From positions 124,001-188,000 of the forward strand of contig QPMI01000163.1 of the NCBI GenBank assembly GCA_004431415.1: a stretch of 64,000 bases of DNA. Direction: 5' to 3'. The position numbers and the translations under genes were made by a program. The first letter of the stretch is position 1; the number at the start of each line of letters is the position of its first letter. This DNA is from Cyanophora paradoxa CCMP329. Lineage: Eukaryota > Plantae > Glaucophyta. The notes beneath the pieces are model-generated. The model was given only the letters and a program-made list of their open reading frames with translations. It was not told the DNA's origin and searched no databases. This document shows, piece by piece, positions 56,591-64,000 of the stretch.

Positions 56591-58207
56591 CTACGCCTTG
56601 GAGAGCACACCAGAGTAGATGGTGGAGCTAGTGTACGAGGTCGGGAGCTTCATCTTCTCGGGGTCCTTGAACGAAGCATCCTCAATCGCCGAGCGCGAGA
56701 AGAGCAGGATCACACCGAAGAGCGCTGGAACAAAGATCAGAAAAGGAATATATGGCCGGCTCTTTGATGAGCTCACCCTTCGAGAAGGTGTCGACAACGG
56801 CGTACGAGACGATCTCGGCCGCAAGGGAGATGGCGTGCGTGCCGGTGGCGATGATCCAGATAAGCGGGTACGCGAACCAGGCGATGATGGAGATGATGAT
56901 GAGGATGTTGTAGGTCTGCTCGCTCGTGAGCGTAGACCCTACAGTCAGAGGAACATGCCGCACCTTCTCGACCTCCGGGGACTTCTCGCGGGCGTTCTTG
57001 CGGAGAACGGTCACCCACGCGACGATGATGGGGATGAAGCACATGTTGGAGATGCCGAACCAGCCCCACTTGGTGCCGGTGCTGAACAAGACACGTTCAG
57101 AATTTAACGATCCCAATAGAGCGATAAAACAGCCGCTGTGCTCACATGGAGAGGGCGCCCATGAGGCCAGTGCCGACCATGAGCATGCCAGAGAGAGCCA
57201 GACCAATGGTCAGAGCCTTGGTTGCGCTAGCCAACAGGCACAGGTTCAGGATGATGAGCGGCACGGTCAGGAACCTGAGCCAAGATGTAAGACAAATGAA
57301 GGCCACACTAACACGAACTGTGCCACTGACCAGTCAATGTAGCGCGCATAGTAGAACACGCGGTACGGGCTGAAGTCGCCGTTCTGCGACGCATCTGAGC
57401 ACGAGTTTGCGCAAACTGGAGCCCACATCTGCTACGCACCGACCAGGTGTCGAACAGGGCAACAGAGCCCTGGCCGCGGGCCATGCAGTAGTACGCCATC
57501 GTGGAAATGCCAGAGTACAGGGTGGTGATGTAGTGGAAGCGGCGCTTGTGCTCCTCACGGCGGAGGGTGAGGATCAGGAAGAGGGTGAACATCGCCGCCT
57601 GGATGCCGAACTCAATCCAGAAGAAGACCTGGCCGCGCTCGGCGGCGTCCTCCGGCGAGTAGAAGTCGGGGCCGAGGCCGGTAATGCGGTTGTAGCACGT
57701 CCGCTGGATAGCGAGCTGCACCGACTCCGGGTCCTTCAGGTACGAGCCCGCGTAGAAGGACGCGAACTGATCGTAGGTGAAGGAGCACTGGCCGTTCGGG
57801 ACGAACGCCGACTGACGGTTCTTGTTGTTCAGCGCGTAAGTCTGGTACCACCGGGCGAAGGTGGGGGACATCTCCTGGCCGGGCAGGGGGGCCGGCTCGC
57901 CAGTGTTGGTGTCGAAGAGCACCGTCTGGCTGCCATACATCTGGTTGAGGGTCTGGGCCTGGTCGAAGGTGAGGGCACCGTTGTTGTTGAGCGGCAGAAG
58001 CGGATCCACGCGATTGCCGGCCGCGTCGGCAACCTTCTGGACCAGCGGCTGGCCGCCGGGCACGGTCACGCCGGCGACGCGGGTGGTCGCGGTGCCATCA
58101 ACGATAGTGTTGGTGCGGGGGTTGGTCTGCAGGTCAAAGACATGGCTGAGGCCAGAGTCGGCAATGTTGCCGGCCATCTGGGGGGCCGACACTTGCAGGA
58201 GGACCAT
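56591..58207 (-). CDS. Microbial (type 1) rhodopsin with an N-terminal extension of about 190 aa
   Basis: Helix B MAYYCMARGQG, helix C YYARYIDWFLTVPLIILNL, helix F AWFAYPLIW and helix G YAVVDTFSKALFG with the retinal-binding Lys. Five coding introns. Confidence 0.95.
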
Positions 58208-58353
58208 CGTTTATTCTGCCAACGGCAACGCGCGGCGCAGTCAGTAACGGCCTCGCAGTGCTACTAATGTAACAGCTAGCTGGCTGCGGGAGGGCGCTGC
58301 GGGAGAGGCAGACCTGTTGACTGCGCAGTCCGCAGTTCTTTACCGACTGGCGG

Positions 58354-58518
58354 TGCACTAACTTGGTGCGGTACCCGTCCCTGGTGGCTCCTCCCCTCCA
58401 GCTTCCTCCCCCCCTTTACTTCGATTCCCGGCGAGTCTACTTCAGAGAACCGCTCCGCGTCCTTCGAATTCCACCGGGCGATGGGCGTCTGCAAGCGAGT
58501 GACGCAGCAGAGCAGCTA
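58354..58518 (-). promoter_or_regulatory. Upstream element paralogous to 41736-41883 (copy B, ahead of the rhodopsin gene)
   Basis: Same colinear blocks as copy A and the same orientation relative to its downstream gene. Confidence 0.6.
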
Positions 58519-59098
58519 AAGCACAGCAGTGAGAGCAGGCGAAGCGCCGAGCACTGCAGCTGGTACGAAGCCCTTCCCGCTGCTGCACAGCCCGAAGCCC
58601 GAGGCGCTGCTGCACAGCCCGAAGCTATATCAGCCCGACGCGTGCACGTGATCGGCGCCGCGCGGCCGCATGCGCAGAGGCCGAGCTCGAGGAGCCGAGC
58701 TCGCAGATCTAGATCTAGAGGCCGTGGCTCTACGTCGACGTCCTGGGCCGGGCCGGCGCCATGCATATGGCCACGCGTACGTATACGTCCACTCGATCGA
58801 TCGGTGCGCGCGTATGCGGAGCTGCTCCCCGGGGCCTGCGATGCAACAATACGCTTTCGCTAGCGCTCAGGCCTAGGCCGTTGCATTGCAATTGGGGACC
58901 TTATGCTGGACGGAGCCTTGGCCTCATGCTAAAGCTGGACCTTGCGCTCGCCTCAACGGTCAACATGCGCTCGCCTTGCGCTAGCGCTCGCCTTTAAAGC
59001 TTGCAATAGACTCGATCGCGAATTAATATTGCGCTCTCAGAGTCTGATGACATCGCAACCGGCACGTGACATGTACATGTACATCGCGTGCACTGCGG

Positions 59099-59144
59099 CA
59101 CGGTCATGATCACGCACGCCCACGGTCATGATCACGCACGCCAC
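59099..59144. repeat. 22-bp tandem duplication
   Basis: CACGGTCATGATCACGCACGCC occurs twice in tandem. Confidence 0.85.
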
Positions 59145-59532
59145 GACTGTCCGATACATTATCGACTCACACGTACCGTACTGAATAAAAAATTGCCTCA
59201 GTGCCGCAGTACCAACGCCACGGTCATCTTGTGCCCTCAGGCCTAAAATGAAAAATTCGAAACCGCGGGCCGCCGGGCCGGGCCGCTTGAACTCGGAAGC
59301 CTAGCTGAAAATAAAACTGCCTCACCGTGGCACTGCAGCTGCGCATGCCAGGCTGCCAGGCTGGCCATGGTTCTAATTTTACAACTAAAAACCAGTAAGC
59401 TTGATTTCCAAAGTTCAAGCTCTGATTAGATTGCTGGCTGTACATGTACGAACTTGAGAGGCGGGGCTTAAGCTTGCCGCAGCGCGACCAGCGGCCTTCT
59501 AGATTCGATAAGGCGGGCTCATGCCATAATGA

Positions 59533-62369
59533 TCAGGCGGCGGAGACGGCGGCGGCGGCGGCGGGGCCCCAGGCGGTGGCGGGGGCGGGGGCGGCGCCGA
59601 GGGCGTCGAGGGCGCGGCGGGCCTTGTCGGCGCAGAGCCCCCACTCCTCGCGGTGCGCCCCGCAGGCCGCCTCGAGAAGGCGAGCGCCAGCAGCGTGCCC
59701 CACACGCCTCGGGGACCGCCGCGGGGCGGGCGGCGGCGAGGGCGGCGAGGGGCGGCCGAGGGCGGCGGCGAGGGCCGGGGTGAGGGCCCACAAGCCCGAG
59801 GCGGCCTGCAGGGCGAGCACCGCGTCGTGCCGCCGGCCGCCCTCCGCCCCGCGGCCGCCCGGCGCCGCCTCCTCCGCGCCCGCGGGCGTCCCGCGGTTGA
59901 GCTCGGCGCGCGCCGCCGCCGGGCTCGCGGCCGGGCTCGAGCTCGGGGGCCCCGCGGCGCCCCTCTCCTTCTTGCGGAAGAGGCCGCCGACGGACTGCGC
60001 CGGCGCCGCGGGTCAGGCGCGCCGGAGAGGGCGCGCGGGGCGGGGCGCACGGCGACGGCGGAGGCGAGGGCGGCGGCGGCTGAGCCGGCGAGGCCGGGGG
60101 CGCCCTTGGGGCGGGCAGACGAGGTGGCGCGGACAAGGGTGCGGCAGTGGGCGTCCGAGCGCTTCAAACGGGCGGCGGAGCGCTTGAACTCGGCGGCCTC
60201 CACTTCGAGCTCCTCGCACTGCTCCTGCAGCATCACCGCGTCCACCGCCGCATCGCCGCCGGCGGCGAGACGGCCCTCCGGCAGCGCGCCAGCGCATGCA
60301 CGCCTGCGGCTCGGCGCCGGCCGCTCCCGCTCCCGCTCCTGCGCGAGGCGGGCGTCGGCGGCGCTCGGGCGCGCGGGGCGGGCGGGGCGGGGCGGGCGGA
60401 CGCGGAGGGCAGGAGGGGACGAGGGCGAGGCGGGCCGGCTCGTGGGCGGGGCGGCACCGTCGCGGCGCTCGACGGCGACGAAGGCCGTCTCGCGCGTGGC
60501 GAGCGAGTGGCGGAGGCCGAGCTCGAGGATGCGCCGCCGCGCCGCCGCCCGTCGGGGGCCTCCTCAGCTCCCGCACCGCCGCCCGCGCCGCCAGCGCCGT
60601 CACCCGCCCCGCCGGCCCCGCGGGGGCACGGCCACGGAGAAGGCGACGGGGCCGGCGGGGCCGCGGGCGGTGAGGGTGAGGAGGCGGGAGGGCCCCGTGC
60701 CGGCGGGAGGAGGGCGTAGGCGAGGAGGCGCTCGCCGCGGGGGCGGCGGGGAGGGCGGCGGGGCCTGCGCGGCGCCGGGAGGCCCCAGTCGAGGCCGCTC
60801 GCGAGCGCCGGCAGCAGCGCGCGCCGCAGCTGCCCCAGCGCCGCCCCCTCCACCCGCTCCCCGTCCGCGATGAAGGCCGCGTGCCCGCGCCCCGCCCGCG
60901 CGAGCCCGTTCACCAGGTGCTCCGACGCCCCGGCCCCGATCCCGAGGGCGAAGAGGCGCGTGCCGGCGGGGGCCGCCCGCACCGCCGCGATGCACTCCTC
61001 CGTGTTGCTGACCTCGCCGTCGGTGAGGAGGAAGAGGTGGCGGGGCCGGCCGGCGGGGGCCGGGGCGGCGAGGAGGGCGCGGAGCGGGGCGAGCAGCTCG
61101 GTGCCGCCGAGGTCGGCCTGGAGGGCGGCGACGGCACGGGCCGCCTCGGCGAGGCTGGCGTCGCCGTAGGGCGCCGGGGCGGCGAAGAGGCGCCGGAAGG
61201 AGGAGCCGAAGCCGACGAGGTCGAAGGCGGAGCCCGGGGGCAGCGCGCGCAGCATGATCTGCAGCGCGTTCTTCGTCTGCTCCATCTTCGAGCCGGCCAT
61301 CGAGCCGCTGCGGTCGACGAGGAAGAGGAACTCGCCGGGGGCCGGCGGCGCCCCCGCCTCGAACTCGGGGCAGAGGCAGAGGGCGAGGCAGGCGGAGCCG
61401 TCCTCGGCGCGCTCGGCCCAGGCGTGCGGGGCGCGCGGCGCCGCGTGCGCCACCTCGAGCACCAGCGCCCCGTCCATCGGCACCGCCCGCGCCAGCCGCA
61501 CCCGCCCCTCCCGCCCCGCCACCGTCACCTCTGCCCCCGCGTCGGCCGGCGCGCGGCGCGGGGTCCGGGGCGGGGCGGGCGGACCGAGGTCGGGGGCGTG
61601 GGTCGGGGAGGCGATGGAGGCGATGGGCGCGGGGGCCACCACGTGTAGCTCCAGGCTCATCGCGTACGGCACCTGCGCGCGCCAGCGGGCCGCGGGCGTC
61701 GGCGGGCGGCGGGCGCGGTGGGACGGGCGCGGGGCCGCACGTGAGGGGCGACGCCGAGGGGATTGACGGCGGCGGCCTCCTCGGGGGCGGTGCGCGCCGG
61801 CGTGTACTTGGCGGGGATCGTGGTGGGGAGCGTGAAGCGCGCCGCCCCGTCCGCCGTCATCGGTAGCTCGCACACGTACGAGAGCGCGAGCTCCGCCTCC
61901 TGCCCCGCCAGCAGGTTCCCCGCGCTCGCCGTGAACACGTCCGGCGCCTCCCGCTCCAGGAGGTACGCCCCGTGCCCGCCCGCGATCGCCGCCGAGTACT
62001 CCTCCGCCTGCGCCGGCGACGCTGAGTGGCGGCGCGGGCGGGCGAGCGCGGGGGGGCGGGCGGGCAGCGCACGGCCTTCTCCCGCTCGCGGATAACGCCG
62101 GCGATGCGACGGTCGCCGACGCGCGCCTCCCAGCCGATCACCGCCGCGCCCTCGGGCAGCGGGAAGCGGAAGACCGCCTCGATCGGGCCCGCGCTCTCGT
62201 TCTTGTACACCTGCCGGACTGCGCGGGGCGCGGGCCGCCGTCAGTGCTTGATCGCATGGAGGAGCGCTGGCAGCAACCAGCACGCACTCGAGATGTCGCT
62301 GAAGAAGGTGTCGATGGTTCCCGTCACGTACACGGCCCGCAGCGGGCTCGGGGCCTTCTCGGACGCCAT
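59533..62369 (-). CDS. VIT + von Willebrand A domain protein (VWA5A-like)
   Basis: VIT: YKNESAGPIEAVFRFPLPEGAAV and DVFTASAGNL. vWA: EFLFLVDRSGSMAG, LQADLGGTEL, LFLLTDGEV and LFALGIG. C-terminal LALQAASGLW. Confidence 0.9.
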
Positions 62370-62528
62370 GCTGTTAACGCTCGCTGTGGGCGGACTAGAT
62401 GCCGATGCAGAGGATCACTCTCGCCGGTTCGGATGGAATGAGGCCGATGGGCGGCCGCGCGGGAGAGCATGGCGCTCGGCTCAGCCCGTACGACTCAGCG
62501 CCTCAGGTCCGTACGAAGGGCGAACGAA

Positions 62529-62618
62529 GCTCAAGCTCAAGCCTCGTGATCAAGCCTCTAGCCTCAAGCCTCAAGCCTCAAGCCTCAAGCCTCAAGCCTC
62601 AAGCCTCAAGCCTCAAGC
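62529..62618. repeat. (TCAAGCC)n heptamer tandem array
   Basis: About 8 perfect units plus degenerate units between the VIT-vWA start and the GT41 stop. Confidence 0.9.
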
Positions 62619-62722
62619 TTGACCGAGGCCTTCAGCGGCTTGCGAATTCGATCGCACTGAACGTTGACGAAAAAGCATACGAGAACTGTCACTACCCTAC
62701 CTAGAGCCATCTAGCCTGCATC

Positions 62723-64000
62723 TCAGTCGGAGGGGGCCGCCGCGGCGAGGATGAGGTGGGCGGGGGCCTCGCCGGCGGCGGCGAGGTCGGCGGCCATGGC
62801 GAGGGCGGCGTCCAGGCCGGCCGCCCACGCCGCCGTCTCGAAGAGCGGCGCCGCCGGCCCGCGGCCCCGCGGCAGGGCCCCGGGCCCCAGGGCGGCCAGG
62901 TCCTCGTACGCCTTCAGGCTGCGCGCCACGGGGGCCCGCCCGGGCGGGGCCAGCCGCGCTGCCTCCTGCGCCCCGTCCACCTCGCAGCTGGCGCCCCCGA
63001 GGCCGAGTGCACCATCCTGCGGCCCCGGAGGTGAGCTCGAGGCGCGGCTGGGTGCGGGCCCGGCCGGGTGCCGTCCACGGGGCGCACGCGGAGGCGACGC
63101 GGGAGGAGATGGAGTCGCCCCGCAGCGTCACCGCCGGCACCCCGCTGCGGGGGCGGTGAGGGGGGCGGTGTGGAGATGGGGGACGCTGCCGGGGGCGTGG
63201 GTACCCGAAGAGGTAGTCGAGGAGGGTGGTCACGCCGTTGTACTGCGCGGGGCGGTGTTGGGGGCGGGAAGGGGCGAAAGGAGGGGGTGCGCACGAGGGG
63301 CGTGTCGAGGTAGAGGTCGGCGAGGGCGGCGCGCCGCGCCTGCCGCGGCCCCGATCAGCGCGGGGGCGCGGGGCCTCGGCGGGGGCCGGGGGCGGGCCTG
63401 GGCGACGACGTCGGGGCGGCGCGGGGCGAAGAGGAGGCGGGAGGCGGGGAGGCCACGGGCGGCGAGCTGCGCGCCGGCCGCGGGGGCCACGTCGAGCTGC
63501 AGCTCCTCCAGCATCCACAGCACCGACGACGGCGACCGCCGCAGCGCGTTCCCCCACACCTGCCCCGCCACGCAGCTCAGGCGGGGCCGGGGCGAGCAGA
63601 GAGGCCCGGGCAGGGCGCACGTCCATGAGCTCGGGGTACAGCTTCACGGTCTGGTGGGGGGTGGGTACCGCTCGCGGGGGCGCGCGGGGATGGAGGGGTA
63701 CGGGGGGCGGACCCGATGGTGGACGGCCAGCACGCGGGCCCCGGGGGGTAGCCCCTCCTCCTCACGGGAGGTCTGCTGCAGCGCCTCGCTGGAGAGTATG
63801 CTCCGTAGGCTGCACCCTCGTCAGAAGCAGGGGAACGGATGCCGAGAGCGGGGCGGGCCTGTTCATGGCGATGGAGAGCGGGGGAGGGAGGACGAGGGCC
63901 TTCTCCGAGAGCTCCCCGAGGGCCGCCTCGGGGGCCGTCGACACGCGGTCCCCAAACCTGCCGCCCCCCCTCTCGCTGGGGTACGGCGCCAGCGGGGCGG
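62723..64000 (-). CDS. GT41-family (OGT/SEC/SPY-like) glycosyltransferase, C-terminal catalytic part; 5' end outside the window
   Basis: GDRVSTAPE...SEKALVLP, KLYPELMDVWGNALRRSPSSVLWML, ALADLYLDTP, YNGVTT, GVPAVTLRGDSISSRVAS and PLFET. Confidence 0.85.

Noticed and set aside
62529-62618. (TCAAGCC)n as an interstitial telomere or CRISPR array
   Set aside because: No spacers, and it does not match TTAGGG/TTTAGGG-type repeats. It is a simple tandem repeat.

Overview
GC-rich, gene-dense eukaryotic DNA with many short spliceosomal introns (mostly about 50-120 nt), a large share of them GC-AG. Most long entries in the ORF track are artefacts of this. A plastid-type SppA and several proteins starting MAF/MASF suggest an alga, most plausibly a glaucophyte such as Cyanophora (inference, not verified). 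I assembled about 21 host genes by hand: SAP18, two F-box/LRR proteins, SppA, GDPD, TRM10, HMG-box, FkbM methyltransferase, DUF707, DUF1294, POP4, a Raf-like kinase, RPAIN, TPK-like, a GPI-type surface protein, USP36-like, ABHD11, a microbial rhodopsin, VIT-vWA and a GT41/OGT-like gene. The main discovery is a 7.2-kb DNA transposon (48387-55621) with a 3-bp ATC target duplication and CGT...ACG ends, inserted into ABHD11. It carries a RAG1/Transib-like transposase and a convergent gene for a BAH-like chromatin-reader protein, which echoes the RAG1/RAG2 tail-to-tail layout. This copy has lost the middle of its transposase. Other notable items are a PKD-repeat/TRP-like multi-TM/pseudokinase receptor, a paralogous promoter shared by the rhodopsin and an unrelated surface protein, and duplicated alternative 3' exons in the USP gene. 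All exon structures and family calls come from manual reading and recalled motifs; no searches were run.
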